Positions 46,495-60,136 of a stretch of DNA of 64,000 nucleotides are shown here, one piece after another (position 1 is the first letter of the stretch; the number at the start of each line of letters is the position of its first letter). The notes under the pieces are model-generated. The model saw nothing but the letters and a program-made list of their open reading frames with translations, made no database searches and was not told where the DNA came from. Source of the stretch: Squalus acanthias (taxonomy: Eukaryota); the NCBI GenBank assembly GCA_030390025.1, contig CM059432.1, forward strand, positions 75,642,001-75,706,000. Direction: 5' to 3'. The position numbers and the translations under genes were made by a program.

Positions 46495-49400
46495 GCCAAA
46501 ATGTTAAATCCAGTTTTCCTCAGTTCAAGTACATTTTGTATTTATCAGTACAGTACTGCTATGTGGTCTCATTGAAATGATTGAGCATACTCACATTAGA
46601 AGTAAGACTGGAAAATAAAGATGTTCCAGAATATACAATGCATACTGTCCTGGACATGCCTTCAGGACACTTATTGAAGTGCATAAGAAGCAAAGCTTTG
46701 AAAAATGGCTAGCCAATAATATAAGGCCGCGTCTATTTGCAACACCAAATTTCTGATTGGTCCCCTTGGAGGACAACACATACCCAACAGTTTGTCTGGA
46801 ATGTGTAATTTGATCCTGCCTGTTGTAGACAACCCTGCAATGTGTAAATTGATACATTATACAAAATGTGGAAGTCTAGTTAGCTTTGTGAAGATCCTCT
46901 GTTAATAGTATTCTGCAATTGTAATTATAGTTGTCCTTGGCTGGTAAAATAAAAGACTTTAAACTCTAATTAGTGGGTTAGTTAATTCTTTGGAGTTTTA
47001 TGTTTTTTTTTCCTTCTGGAAGTGATAAAACTTCTTTAATTCTGAAAGAAGGGACCATGTGTGGGGTCCGTTTGTGTGGTGTGTGGGTGTTTTGCTCATA
47101 AATGCTGCTCCTAAGGTTTCCCCAGAGTTTGTAGCTCTGGATTGTTGCAGATTGAACTGCAGGTTCAGGCCAGAACCTTGTGAGGGAGCCGAGTGCGGCA
47201 CAGACGGAGCGCTGAGCTTTTCTTTCCAGTAATAACATATGAAAGTATTCTTGTCAGTTTGAAACATATGGAAGTAATTAAGTGTTTCAGTATCAAATGA
47301 ATCCTTACACCTTGAGAATTAAAGCCTTATTCACTCAGAACACATTTAAGTCTTTTAATTTGTGATGGCCCATTTCAAAGCTCTCTGTTTAAACCTAACC
47401 TATAGTAAATAATATGTTGTTATTGTGACTTTCTGTTTATCTCAGGGGACAGGTCTGTACAGGTGGGTAATGCAAAAACAGCATTGCTGGCTTGTGTGAG
47501 TGCGCTGCAAGTTCAACTTGCCCAGAACAAAATGGCATAAAGCATTCAACATAACCAATGGCATCTATTTATGTTTGTCTCTCATGTCTCCGCACCACCT
47601 CCTGTGTGGAAGAAACTAAGATTTCCCAATTCACAAACTTTGGGCTTTTGATTTGATTTTAATCTTGCTATCAGTAGCAAACCCCTGCCCCTGATCTTTC
47701 AGAAGGCCAAAATTCAAAATCCAGTTTTCCTCAATTCAAATACATTCTGTATTTATCAGTACAGTACTGCTATGTGGTCTCATTGAAATGATTGAGCATA
47801 CTCACATTAGAAGTAAGACTGGAAAATAAAGATGTTCCAGAATATACAATGCATACTGTCCTGGACATGCCTTCAGGACACTTATTGAAGTGCATAAGAA
47901 GCAAAGCTTTGAAAAATGGCTAGCCAATAATATAAGGCCGCGTCTATTTGCAACACCAAATCTCTGATTGGTCCCCTTGGAGGATAACACATACCCAACA
48001 GTTTGTCTGGAATGTGTAATTTGATCCTGCCTGTTGTAGACAACCCTGCAATGTGTAAATTGATACATTATACAAAATGTGGAAGTCTAGTTAGCTTTGT
48101 GAAGATCCTCTGTTAATAGTATTCTGCAATTGTAATTATAGTTGTCCTTGGCTGGTAAAATAAAAGACTTTGGGGTAAAAATTCACTTGGTTGCGCCTCC
48201 CGTTAGCGCCTTAAGAGGGCGCTAATGGGGCGCAAAGCCGCTAACGCCCGGGCGCAGCGATGTTTGCGCCGCTCGAGAACTTAACTTGAGATTGTGCGGC
48301 GGCGCTAAAACTTACCGCTGCGACCACCTGCGCGCGCAGATTGTGACGTCATTCCATGGTGCAACGCCCTTGTGGCGCCCCGTAGCGGAAATTGAGTGGC
48401 GCCCCCTGCCTTACCACCTGGCGCTTCCAACGACCGGAAGACTGGAACGCTATCAATCGCTGTGGGGCTGGGGGGGGCGCTATTTAAAGGGGGCCTCTTC
48501 CTGTCTTTTATTGTTGGTGGCATTTTTGAACTACGCATTCTGAGAGAGAGAGGGAGAGACTTCTGGAGAGATTCAATGTTGTGTGAAGGAGTTTTGGGTA
48601 CTGAGCAGCACTTTGCAGGTTCATTTTGATTTGCCATTCCTTGTATCGATTTAGCAGAGACTGTGGGAGCTGCACTCTGAGCTCTTTGCCTGGTACTCTC
48701 CATTGTTCTTTCCAGCACATTTGATGTGCAAGTCTCTCCAGGCCGAGATTCAAGGCAGCAATGAACAGGATGTGGATGGAAAGCAAGATTAACCATCCCC
48801 TTTAAGAACTGGCCCGTGCCATTGTGTGTGTGTTCCATTGCTGACTGACATTACATGAGCTTCGCCAGCGCTCCGAGTTAGCGCCTCACTGCTCGGCCTT
48901 TGCGCCTTAAGAGAGGTGTGCAGCGCCTGCTTTAGCGCTCCACTCACCTCCCGGGGCGGTAAAAGTGAAGTTTCCTGTCAGTGCCGATAATTAGCGCCAG
49001 GTGCTAATATTTGCGTCCAGACGATATTTGCGCCCCAAATGGGGCGCGACCTAATTTCTACCCCTTTAGATTCTAATTAGTGGGTTAGTTAATTCTTTGG
49101 AGTTTTATGTTTTTTTTTCCTTCTGGAAGTGATAAAACTTCTTTAATTCTGAAAGAAGGGACTATGTGTGGGGTCCGTTTGTGTGGTGTGTGGGTGTTTT
49201 GCTCATAAATGCTGCTCCTAAGGTTTCCCCAGAGTTTGTAGCTCTGGATTGTTGCAGATTGAACTGCAGGTTCAGGCCAGAACCTTGTGAGGGAGCCAAG
49301 TGCGGCACAGACGGAGCGCTGAGCTTTTCTTTCCAGTAATAACATATGAAAGTATTCTTGTCAGTTTGAAACATATGGAAGTAATTAAGTGTTTCAGTAT

Positions 49401-49812
49401 CAAATGAATCCTTACACCTTGAGAATGAAAGCCTTATTCACTCAGAACACATTTAAGTCTTTTAATTTGTGATGGCCCATTTCAAAGCTCTCTGTTTAAA
49501 CCTAACCTATAGTAAATAATATGTTGTTATTGTGACTTTCTGTTTATCTCAGGGGACAGGTCTGTACAGGTGGGTAATGCAAAAACAGCATTGCTGGCTT
49601 GTGTGAGTGCGCTGCAAGTTCAACTTGCCCAGAACAAAATGGCATAAAGCATTCAACATAACCAATGGCATCTATTTATGTTTGTCTCTCATGTCTCCGC
49701 ACCACCTCCTGTGTGGAAGAAACTAAGATTTCCCAATTCACAAACTTTGGGCTTTTGATTTGATTTTGATCTTGCTATCAGTAGCAAACCCCTGCCCCTG
49801 ATCTTTCAGAAG
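46495..49812. repeat. Recent 1211-bp tandem duplication (46495-47705 and 47706-49812, the latter carrying a MITE)
   Basis: Near-identical sequence with offsets of 1211 before the MITE and 2107 after it (paired ORFs 46591/47802 and 46978/49085). Confidence 0.97.
48172..49064. mobile_element. Harbinger MITE (893 bp)
   Basis: TIRs GGGGTAAAAATT and GGGGTAGAAATT. TTT TSD confirmed by the empty site at 46958-46960. Confidence 0.95.
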
Positions 49813-50988
49813 GCTTTCGATAAGGTCCCGCATAAGAGATTAGCATGCAAAGTTAAAGCACATGGGATTGGGGGTAAGGTACTGATTTGGATAGAGAACT
49901 GGTTGGCAGACAGGAAGCAAAGAGTTGGAATAAACGGTTCTTTTTCCGAGTGGCAGGCAGTGACTAGTGGGGTACCACAGGGATCGGTGCTAGGACCCCA
50001 GTTATTCACAATATATATTAATGATCTAGACGAGGGAACTAGATGTAATATCTCTAAGTTTGCAGACGACACAAAGCTGGGTGGGCGTGTGTGCTGTGAG
50101 GAGAATGCAGAGAAACTCCAGTATGATTTGGACAGGTTGGGTGATTGGGCAGATGCATGGCAGATGCAGTATAATGTGGATAAATGCAAGGTTATCCACT
50201 TTGGTGGCAAAAACAGGAAGACAGATTATTATCTGAATGGCAATAGATTGGGAAAAGGGGAAGTGCAACGAGATCTGGGAGTCCTTGTGCACCAGTCGCT
50301 GAAGGTAAGCATGCAGGTGCAGCAGGCGGTTAAGAAGGCAAATGGTATGTTGGCCTTCATAGCGAGAGCATTCGAGTACAGGAGCAAGGTTGTCTTGCTG
50401 CAGTTATACAAGGCCTTGGTGAGACCACACCTTAAGTATTGTGTGCAGTTTTGGTCACCTTATCTGAGGAAGGATGTTCTTGCCATGGAGGGAGTGCAGC
50501 AAAGATTTACCAGACTGATACCTGGGATGGCAGGAAAAACGTATGAAGAGAGATTGGCTCGATTAGGCTTATATTCGCTAGAGTTTAGAAGAATGAGAGG
50601 GGATCTCATTGAAACTTATAAAATTCTAACAGGACTAGACAGACTAGATGCAGGAAGGATGTTCCCGATGGCGGGGGAGTCCAGAACCAGAGGTCACAGT
50701 CTAAGGATAAGGGGTAAGCCATTTAGGACTGAGATGAGGAGGAATTTCTTCACCCAGAGAGTGGTGAACCTGTGGAATTCTCTACCACAGAAGGCAGTTG
50801 AGGCCAATTCATTAAATATATTCAAGAAGGAGAGAGATATATTTCTTAATACTAAAGGGATCAAGGGATATGGGGAGAAAGCAGGGACAGGGTACTGAAT
50901 TTGGATGATCAGCCATGATCTCATTAAATGGCGGAGCAGGCTCGAGGGGCCGAATGGCCTACTCCTGCTCCTATCTTCTATGCTTCTA
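49805..50988 (+). mobile_element. Young 5'-truncated CR1 LINE with open RT C-terminal frame
   Basis: FQKAFDKVPH...SGVPQGSVLGPQLF...FADDTKL, open to 50898 (331-aa ORF). Conserved 3' tail. Candidate TSD TGATCT. Confidence 0.95.
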
Positions 50989-51034
50989 TGATCTCCTTGT
51001 ATAGTCAGGTTGGAGAGCGCGAGAGGCGGCAGAG

Positions 51035-51405
51035 CGAGCAGGGCCCCGAGCCCCAACTCCACTAAATCCCAGGATCCTCACATACTCGCCAAGTCCGCAA
51101 GATGGGCAAGCTCACCCGGGTGAGTGGGGCTTTAAACATCGGGGCCTGAGCCCAGGCCGGGATTCGCCGTTGGTCGATTCTCGTTGGGCTTGGCCTGGCG
51201 TCTTGAAGCCCGGCCCAGGGTGGGGACCAGACTCAAGACTCTGGGCCAAACCCAGCGAGAATCAGCCGAGGGCGCAAACCCAGCCCGGGCCCAGGCCCCG
51301 ATGTTTAAAGCCCAGCTCACATGGTCGAGCTTTCCCATCTTGCGACCTCGGCGAGTGTGTGAGGATCCCAGGGTTTGGTAGTGTCGCGGCTCGGGGCCCT
51401 GCTCG
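51035..51405. repeat. GC-rich long imperfect inverted repeat (arms of about 170 bp)
   Basis: 51035-51206 is the reverse complement of 51233-51405, e.g. CGAGCAGGGCCCCGAGCC and GGCTTTAAACATCGGGGCCTG. Confidence 0.9.
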
Positions 51406-51699
51406 GGTTTCCGGCCTCGGCTGATTCTCGCTGAGTTCGGCCCAGAGTCTTGAATCTCTGGCCCCACGGCTGCAGAGCCTGAGTCTGGTCCCCACACCCA
51501 GACTCCCACCCCGAGGCCACGGCCTACTGCTGAGGCCTGCGCCTGCCAGCCTGCCCCGGAGAACACTAGCGATGGTCTGACAAGGGCCCTCCGATGTGCA
51601 GTTCTGGTGGAGGCGGGATGGTGTTTAGGCCATGCCCCCCATTCGGGCACGTGAGCAGAAGGACGAAACCACTGTGCAAATAATCTAAGTGATAATATA

Positions 51700-53654
51700 T
51701 ACAAAATTGTCTAAGTGACAGGAAACTGAGAGTAGTGGTGAACGGTTGTTTTTCGGACTGGAGGATGGTATACAGTGGTGCTCCCCAGGGATCAGTACCA
51801 GGACCACTGCTTTTCTTGATATATATTAATGACGTGGACTTGTGTGTACAGAGCATAATTTCAAATTTTGCAGATGACACAATACTTGGAAGTATAGTGA
51901 ACAGTGAGGAGGATAGTGATAGACTTCAAGAGGACATAGACAGGCTGGTGAAATGGGCAGACACGTGGCAGATAAAATTTAATGCAGAAAAGTGCGAAGT
52001 GATACATTTTGGTAGGAAGAACGAGGAGAGGCAATATAAACTAAAGGGTACAATTCTAAAGTGGGTGCATGAACAGAGAGCCCTGGGGGTACATGTGCAC
52101 AAATCGTTGAAGGTGGTAGGGCTGGCTGAGAAAGCGGTTAAAAAAGCATATGGGATCCTGGACTTCATAAATAGAGGCATAGGGCTCGATTTTACTTACC
52201 TAGATGAGTTGGGGGTGGGACTGCTGCCTTCTGGGTTCTAGTCCCGCACCCAACGGCATCTGACGAACAGACGCTATTTTGCCCTGATTGGCCTTGTTAA
52301 GCCCGCCTGCGGGCTTGCCGGCCAATTAAGGGAAAGCCAATGTGAGATGATGTCTGTTGATGACGCTTCATCTGCCGGTTTTCTTAAAGGCATATGCACC
52401 ACACTTGTTTGACAGATGAATTGTCAGTGTTTGACAGCATTGAGGTGCTGTCAAACACTGACAATCACTGTCCAAAGGTGAGCCCTTGCACCCAGGCTTT
52501 CTAATTACTCTCTCTTTAGGATAAAACAGATGACAGCTGCAGCTGAGATTGCAGAAGCCATCTGTCACTTCTCCCGAAGAGATGAGTCTACACACTTCAC
52601 AGCTTGTCACCTGCAGAAAAATCTAATCACATTAAAAATTTAATTCACAACATCTCCTTACCTCTGATACTAACCAGTGTCCCATTGCATCCTTCACACC
52701 ACTTCTGCAGCTGTCATCCAAACACCAACATAACAACTGACCCATAGCATGCCTCACTTACCCTGGCGGGGTTCCCCGATGTCGGGAAGCCTGCAGCAGC
52801 AGTTGAAAAATTGGGAAAAGCCTCTTAACTGTCTGTTAACTACCTGTTAACAGGCAGTTAAGTGGCTATAATCCTCTTCCCGCCGTTAGGAGTAGGGTCC
52901 CTGCGCAAATCGGGGACCCGACTCCTGGGAAGATTGGTTGGAGGCGGGTTGGGAGCGGGTTCAGGACCCGCTCCCATTCTTTTTGACTTTCCCAGCAGTC
53001 CCGCCTCCAAACCCGCCTCCTCAAGGCTGGTAAAATCCAGCCCATAGAGTACAAAAGCAAGGAAGTTATGATGAACCTTTAAAAAACACTGTTTCGACCT
53101 CAACTGGAGTATTGTGTCCAATTCTGGGTACCCCACTTCAGGAAGGATGTGAAGGCTTTAGAGAGGGTGCAGAAAAGATTTACAAGAATGGTTTCAGGGA
53201 TGAGGGACTTTAGTTATGTGGATAGACTGGAGAAGCTGGGGTTGTTCTCCTTAGAGCAGAGAAGGTTGAGAGGAGATTTGATAGAGGTGTTCAAAATCAT
53301 GAGGGGTCTAGACAGAGTAGATAGAGAGAAACTGTTCCCATTGGCAGATTCGTCAAGAACCAGAGGACACAGATTTAAGGTGATTGGCAGAAGAACCAAA
53401 GGCAACATGAGGAAAAACATTTCTACGCAGCGAGTGGTTATGATCTGGAATGCACTGCCTGAAAGGGTGGTGGAGGCAGATTCAATCATGGTTTTCAAAT
53501 GGGATTTGGATAAGTACCTGAAGGAAAACATTTGCAGGGCTACGGGGAAAGGCCAGGGGACTAGCTGAAGTGCTCTTGCAGCGAGCTGGCATGGGCTCGA
53601 CGGGCCGAATGGCCACCTTCTGTGCTGTAACCATTCTATGATTCTATGATTCTA
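51700..53654 (+). mobile_element. 5'-truncated CR1 LINE split by a Harbinger MITE
   Basis: SGAPQGSV...FADDT...FINRGI | EYKSKEVM...LERVQKRFTRM, followed by (ATTCTATG)n tail. Confidence 0.93.
52182..53043. mobile_element. Harbinger MITE (862 bp)
   Basis: TIRs GGGCTCGATTTTAC and GGGCTGGATTTTAC, TSD ATA. Removing it restores the CR1 frame. Confidence 0.93.
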
Positions 53655-53689
53655 ATATAAAAGGAAACAGCAAAGACTTTTATTAACAT

Positions 53690-55920
53690 ATAAAAAAATA
53701 AAGGAAGAGTGAAAGAGTGCATAGGACCACTCTAGATTGAAGGAGGTAGTCTAATTTTAGAAGATCAAGATATGACAGAGATAATAAATAAATATTTTGC
53801 ATCTTTTTTTTACAAATGATGGTGCAAGAGAATGTAGGTTTACTAATGGAACAATTGTTAGAGATAGCTTTAGAAGAGGAATGGATTCTGGAAAAATAGC
53901 ACAACTCAAGTGGGTTAAGTCACTGCTCCCTGGTGGCATACACCTTAGGTTGTTGAAAGAAGTCAAAGAGGATTGTTTGCCCACAACTTGTCAGTCCTCT
54001 TTAAACATACACATTGTATCATGGGACTGAAGCCAATCTTACACCTTTGTTCAAGAATGGAGCGAAGGGTAAACCAAGTAACTATAGACCAGTTAGTCTA
54101 ATGTCAGTTGTGAACTAACTCTTGGAATACATAATTCAAAATGAAATTAGTGAGCATTTAGAATTGCAGGGTTTAATCAAGGACAGATGGCACTGATTTG
54201 TTGAAGGCAAGTAATGTTTGACAATATTAATATAGTTTTTCTGAAGAAGTGACTGATATCATGCAGTGGATGTACCTGGATCTTTAGACGGTCTTCAGTA
54301 AGGTGCCTCACAAGAGGCTTGTTAGAAAAATTCAAGTGTATGGTGTAAAAGGAAATGTCGCAGTAGGGATAGAAAGCTGGTTGATGGACTCGAATAAATG
54401 TGTTCGGGTAAATGGGCATTTATTGGATTGGAGAAGCATTGAAGTGATGTATCGCAGGGGTCAGTGTTGAAACAACTTTTGTTGTCAGTATATATTAATG
54501 ATTTGGACTTGGGAACACAATCTTAAACCAGAAATCCCAAGTGAATGATCCTTCTCGGCCTCCTCCTGAGAGCCCCACCATCACAGTGGCCAGTCTTCAG
54601 CCAATTCAATTAATTCCTCGTGATATCAAGAAACGGCTGAGCACACTGGACACAGCAAAGACTATGAGCCCCAACAACATCTCGGCTATGGTGCTGAAGG
54701 CCTGTGCTCCAGAACTAGCCAGGCCTCTAACCAAGCTGCTCCAGTACAGCTACAACACAGTCATGTGGAAAATTGCCTAGCTTTGTCCTGTCCACAAAAA
54801 GCAGGACAAATCCAATCCACCCAATTACTGCCTCATCAGCCTACTCTCAATCATCAGCAAAGCGAAGGAAGGTGTTGTCGACAGTGCTGTCAAGCATCAC
54901 TTATTCACCAATAACCTGCTCACTGATGTTCAGTTTGGGTTCTGCCAGGACCACTCGGCTCCAGACTTCATTACAGCCTTGGTCCAAACAAGAGCTGAAT
55001 TCGAGAGTTGAGAGTGACTACCCTTGACATTAAGGCAGATTTCGACTAAATATGGAACCAGGGAGCCTTAATAAAACTGAAGTCGATGGGAGCCAGGTGG
55101 AAAACTTGCCAGCGGCTGGAGTGATACCTGGCACAAAGGTTGTGGTTGTAGGAGGACAATCATCTTAGCTCCAGAACATTGCTGCAGGAGTTCCTCAGGG
55201 CAGCGTCCTAGGCTCAACCATCTTCAGCTGCTTCATCAATGACCTTCTCTCCATCATAAGGCCAGAAGTGGGGCTGTCTACTAATGATTGCACAGTGTTC
55301 AGCTCCATTTGCAATTCCTCAGAAAATGACCTGGACAATATCCAAGCTTAGGCTGTTAAGTGGCAAATAACATTCGTGCCACACAAGTGCCAGGCAATAA
55401 CCACCTCCCAAAGCCTCCCCACCACCAAAAGGCACAAGTCAGGAGTGTGATGGAATATTTGCCTGGATGGAGGCTCGACACCAGGTTGATTCCATGGATT
55501 GGAAACTATAGTTAAAAGGAAAGATTTAAGATGTTGGGATTATTTCCACTGGAGCAAAGAAGGCTAAGAAGAGATTTTATAAAGGTTTTAAAAATTAGTA
55601 TTTTGATACAGTGAATACAGATTTGTTTAGTTGGGGAATCAGTAGCAAGAGGTCATTAATTTTAAATTGTTACGAGGACAAAGGTTACGAGAAATTCCTT
55701 TATGCAGAAGATTGTTGGTTTTGCCACAGGGAGTGGTTGAGGCAAAGACCATTGCATCTTTTAAGGGAAAGTTGTATAAATATTTGAAGCAGAGGAAGAT
55801 ACAGAGCTATGGGGAAAACATGGAGCACTGGGATTAGTTTGTGATTGCTCTAGCAAAGATCTGGCACAGACACATCGAGCCAAATGATATCCTTTAGTTC
55901 TGCAAATCTCTATGGTTGTA
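53690..55920 (+). mobile_element. Old CR1 LINE relic interrupted by another LINE
   Basis: KPSNYRPVSLMS and QGSVL remnants (54060-54520); 3' region resumes at 55485-55920. Confidence 0.75.
54530..55482 (+). mobile_element. Internal RT fragment of the tRNA-headed LINE family
   Basis: PRDIKKRLSTLDTAKTMSPNNISAMVLKACAPELARPL and GVPQGSVLG; collinear with 2040-3510 reversed, with deletions. Confidence 0.88.
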
Positions 55921-56504
55921 TGGAGTACCCATTTGCTTCACATGAACCTGAAACCTTAGCCGGAATTTTCCCGTTGCTGAGCGTGCAGGTTTGGGGGCGG
56001 TTCAGCATTAAAAATCCCGGAAATTGCGAGCGTGTCAGGAACCCGCCATCATCCCGCCACCTCGCGCATTTAACTTGGGCAGCTTTGAAGGCGCGACAAG
56101 GACCCGATCGGCAGAGGTGGGCGACCTCATTGAAGTCATTAAATGCTTGTTGAGAGACCCTTAAGAGGGTTTTTAATGCCAGCTTTTGACTTTTACTGCA
56201 GGAATACGGAATTCACACAGCTCGGGTACCTTGCCTGTGAAGGGGAGGCGGAAGCTCCGTGGCCATTGGTGAGTCCATTCATTGAGAGCTGGGAAAAGCA
56301 CATAAATACTGCAACATTACACCTCATTCTTGTCTCATGGAAAGGCTCTCGCTGACTCCATTTTGTCCACAGATTTTGGTGTCAGCAGTTTGCAGGTCAT
56401 TTCTGAAACTTCGGAAGCCACTCTCACCACATTGCTACTCACTTTCACAACGTTGAGGGATTGTGCCTCTGATCTTCACTCTACCTGCCATCGACTACAT
56501 CAGC

Positions 56505-57727
56505 ATGGGTGCCGCTTATACTGTCTCACCTTGGTCCTCAGAATCGGACCAAGGTGAGCCCCACCACCAACAACAACAGCCACATCAGCAGCAGCAACCA
56601 CAACAGCAGCTTTCTCCTCAACAACCTGATGCTCCACAGGAGAGAGGGGTGCACCACAGGGCTGCAGTGTGCCGGAGTCGATACCCCCAATATAGGGTAT
56701 ACAGGCAGAGGATGAGCTTCCTGGACATGACTGAGCAGCAGTGCTTTAGGACACTCAGGCTATCGCGCCAGGTTGTTGCAGATATTTGTAGCTTGCTGGA
56801 ACAAGACCTGCTGCCCAGAGGTCCTGGTGGACACTCCTTACCAGTGGCTGTCAAAGTCACCACAGCCCTCAACTTCTTCGCCTCAGGCTCCTTCCAGGGA
56901 TCTGCAGCAGACATTTGCAAGATCTCGCAGTCGGCCATCCACAGATGCATCACCCAGGTGATCGATGCCATGTTTCACAGGCACTTATGTACACTTTGCC
57001 ACTGATGAAGCCAGTGTTACTGAGCGGGTGCTCGGCTTTGCGGCTTTGGCTGACTTCCCACAGGTGCAGGGTGTCATCGACTGCACACATGTGGCATTCA
57101 AGGCACCCCATCATCACCCAGTAGTGTTTGTGAACCACAAGGGCTTCCACTCCCTCAAAGTGCAGATCATCTGCAACCATAAAAAGATCATTATGCATGT
57201 GTGCGCCAGATTTCCTGGCAGCTGTCCTGACTCTTTCGTGCTGCGCCAGTCCACCCTCCCTCAGCTCTTCGCACCTCCAAACAGACTTACCGGCTGGCTG
57301 CTTGGAGACAAGGGCTATCCACTGAAGACGTGGCTCATGACACCCCTGAGAACGCCAAGTACTGAGGCCGAGGAGAGATATAATGACAGCCACATCTCCA
57401 CCAGATGTGTCATAGAGCAAGCAATAGGTATGCTGATGCTTTAGATGCCTTGACAGATCTGGAGGAGCCCTTCAGTACGCACTAACCAGGGTATCCAGAA
57501 TCATCGTCGTTTGCTGCATGCTGCACAACATAACGCAGCAGCGAGGATTGGAGCTGCAGGAAGAGCAAGGTGCAGAACGCACAGCCTCTTCAGAGGAGGA
57601 GGAGGAGAAGGAGGAGCAGGTGGAAAACGAGGGGAAGGAGGAGGAGGAGGAACCTGAGGTGGAGATGGCACCAGCAGCGGTGCACATTACGGTCCAGGAT
57701 GGCCTCATCATGGCCATATTTACTTAA
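56505..57727 (+). pseudogene. Harbinger transposase with two frameshifts
   Basis: ORF pieces 56463-57005, 56965-57444 and 57518-57727 carrying [16 protein letters not shown] and VIEQAIG. Confidence 0.92.
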
Positions 57728-57994
57728 CTTGCTCCAATGCAGCCACAAGGCCGCCACATGCTGTACTAAGTCCCCCCCCCCACCCGCCCCCCCCCCCCAA
57801 TAACACCATAAAGCAGTCCTACAATGACTAAGCCATTCCTCTCACCTAAACCCCAGGTTCTCGAGGTTAAGTAATGTCTCTCCATTGACAAAGCCACTTC
57901 CCAGGTAGCAGGCAAGTATTGAAAAGATTTATGTGTGTCAACAAAATAACTGAAACTTAACACTAACATTTGTTCATACACCCATGTGCAGACC

Positions 57995-59576
57995 CTTGTG
58001 CATCTACTTTTGTGTAATTTTTCTTTTCCAAGTGCTTCTACAAGGTGAAACCCCTGTGGCTTCAGCAAAGGTAGAGGCAGGCTTCTCACTTCCCTGCTGC
58101 AACTCGTTAGACACTTTTGGTGGGTGTCCTCTGGGTTTTGGAGCTTGTGAGGGCCCCGCCAAAGTCTGCTCCTCCTACAGCTGTGCAGGAGCAGACTCGG
58201 CCATCGGGATCCGAGGAAGCATGTGGGGCTCTGACTGAGGAGGAGGCAACGGGGGAGAAGTGGGAGCGCTTTGAGAAGAGCCCCAGTTACATGTGCCCCC
58301 TCACCATCATCCCTCTCGTGCTACCCGCACATTCCTGCTAGCAAGGAGCTGGAGAGCACCTTGCTGCACAGCAGTGGGGCGATGAACGCCCAAGTCTACA
58401 TTTATATCCCTCCTAGAGAGGAGGTCTATGAGTGCCTGCCATCTGTTGTCCACAGCAAGCATGTGCTCATTAGCTGCTCCATGCACGTGGCCATTCTTTC
58501 AATGGAACAGCACATTGTCGCCATCGCCTGTGACATGGTGCTGCTCATGTTGGAGATGGACTCCTCCATTCTCTGATCATTTGCAGACATCGCGGCTGCA
58601 AAAGCTGCCAGAGCCTCCTGCAATTGTTGCTGCCCCTCCAAGATCGCCCTCTTTCTCAATGGCCTCCGAGGCGCAGCGTCTGCATGCAGCTCAGCAGAGC
58701 TTGAAGCACCCTGTGCCCTCCAGCGAGCAGTCTCCACTTCTGTCCCTGTCAACACAATCTGCTCTTGCTCACTTGTGCAGTGTGAGGCACCAGGTGACAA
58801 CACGACTCTATCTCACACAGGACCCACCGAGGTGTGCGCATCTGCGCTGGTGCTGGGTGCGCTTGGGTCTGCTGACGATGCACCCTCAGAGGCTGGAGCT
58901 TTCTCTGAGGAGTTGTCTTCCTCCTCCAGCTGGACAGTGGGGGGACACTTGATGGACCTGTGGGAGACCTCCAGTTCTCTTTCTCTCCCGCATTTTTTTA
59001 GGCTCTTTTCTCCTGCAAGGAGGGAAAGAAGAGAAGTTTGAGTGAGAGTGAAGGAATGAGTGTAAGGAATGGATGGGCTACATCTGGTAGAGGGTGACTA
59101 TGAGGGAGTGGCATGATATTGCCAAATGTGGTGTTACTTGCTATGATTGCATTAGGATGAGGGTGAGTGTCAGAGGTGGTTAGTCAGATGGGGATGTGAG
59201 TAGGTACATAGAGAGGGATGGGTGGTCGTGCAAGGTATGCTGGTGTGAGGAATGATGTGCAGGAGTAGGATTGGGAAGGCAGAGTGATGGGGATGTGGTG
59301 ACAGGCACATCAGGACGTAGGTGATTGCACTCACTTTCCTGATCTCATGAGATCATTGAATCGTTTCTTGCACTGGATCCAGGTCCTCCTCACCACATCC
59401 CTGCTGCTGACCTCCTCTGCTGTATCCAGCCAGGCTCTTTTGGTCTTTTTTGGAGGTCTCCTTGGCCTATCAGCAGGGAACAGGATCTCCCTGCGTGCTC
59501 TGACTTCCTCCACCAGAGTATGCAGGGATACATCGGAAAACCGTGGTGCAGCCCTCTGCCTTTGGCTATCCATCAT
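57995..59576 (-). pseudogene. Harbinger Myb/SANT partner pseudogene
   Basis: Exon 1 MMDSQRQRAAPRFSDVSL...WIQCKKRFNDLMRSGK is intact (donor at 59334). Exon 2 has a stop and is truncated by a deletion. Confidence 0.85.
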
Positions 59577-60136
59577 TGCTGGTTTAGAAGAGTACTCAGC
59601 CCTTTGGATTTCAGCTTCCACCCTCCTCTAGCAACCTTGAAATGAGTTGAGTGCAAGGCTGCTTTAAATATCGGCGCTGGAAACAAGTCATCGATGACGT
59701 CATCAGACTTGCTCCATTTAACTGGGCCGGGAAACGCGCAGGACTGCTTTAAGTGGGGCCATTAAGTGAAAGTCACCCTGAAGAATGCGCACAGCAGAAC
59801 ACTGCGTTCCCGACTCGCTACACGGCCCGCATGCACCTGACCCGACTCCTTGGTAAAAATTCCAGCCCTTGTGACAGCTACCATTGCATTTTATGAACAG
59901 GAAAATTGAAAGTGTGTTGATTGGTAGTGCCTTTATACAGCCATCATTAGGTGTTGCTGTGCTGATACCGCTCCCAGTCACTAAGACAAGTGCACCCTAG
60001 ATTGCTTTTCACTAAATAATAAACAAATCTCCACTTTATACATACTGAAAAGCTCTCTGAAGTGTCCAGATCTGATTCCACATTTGCACACCCACCGATT
60101 TCTCAATCTGCAATAAACAAATTACAATTTTTTATT

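Larger units (their letters stand above)
55958..59867 (+). mobile_element. Full-length decayed Harbinger (3910 bp)
   Basis: TIRs AGCCGGAATTTT and GGCTGGAATTTT, TSD CTT, convergent transposase and Myb genes. Confidence 0.93.

Noticed and set aside
51132..51704. 190-aa ORF in the GC-rich foldback
   Set aside because: Stop-poor GC-rich sequence gives overlapping ORFs in many frames, with no domain signal.
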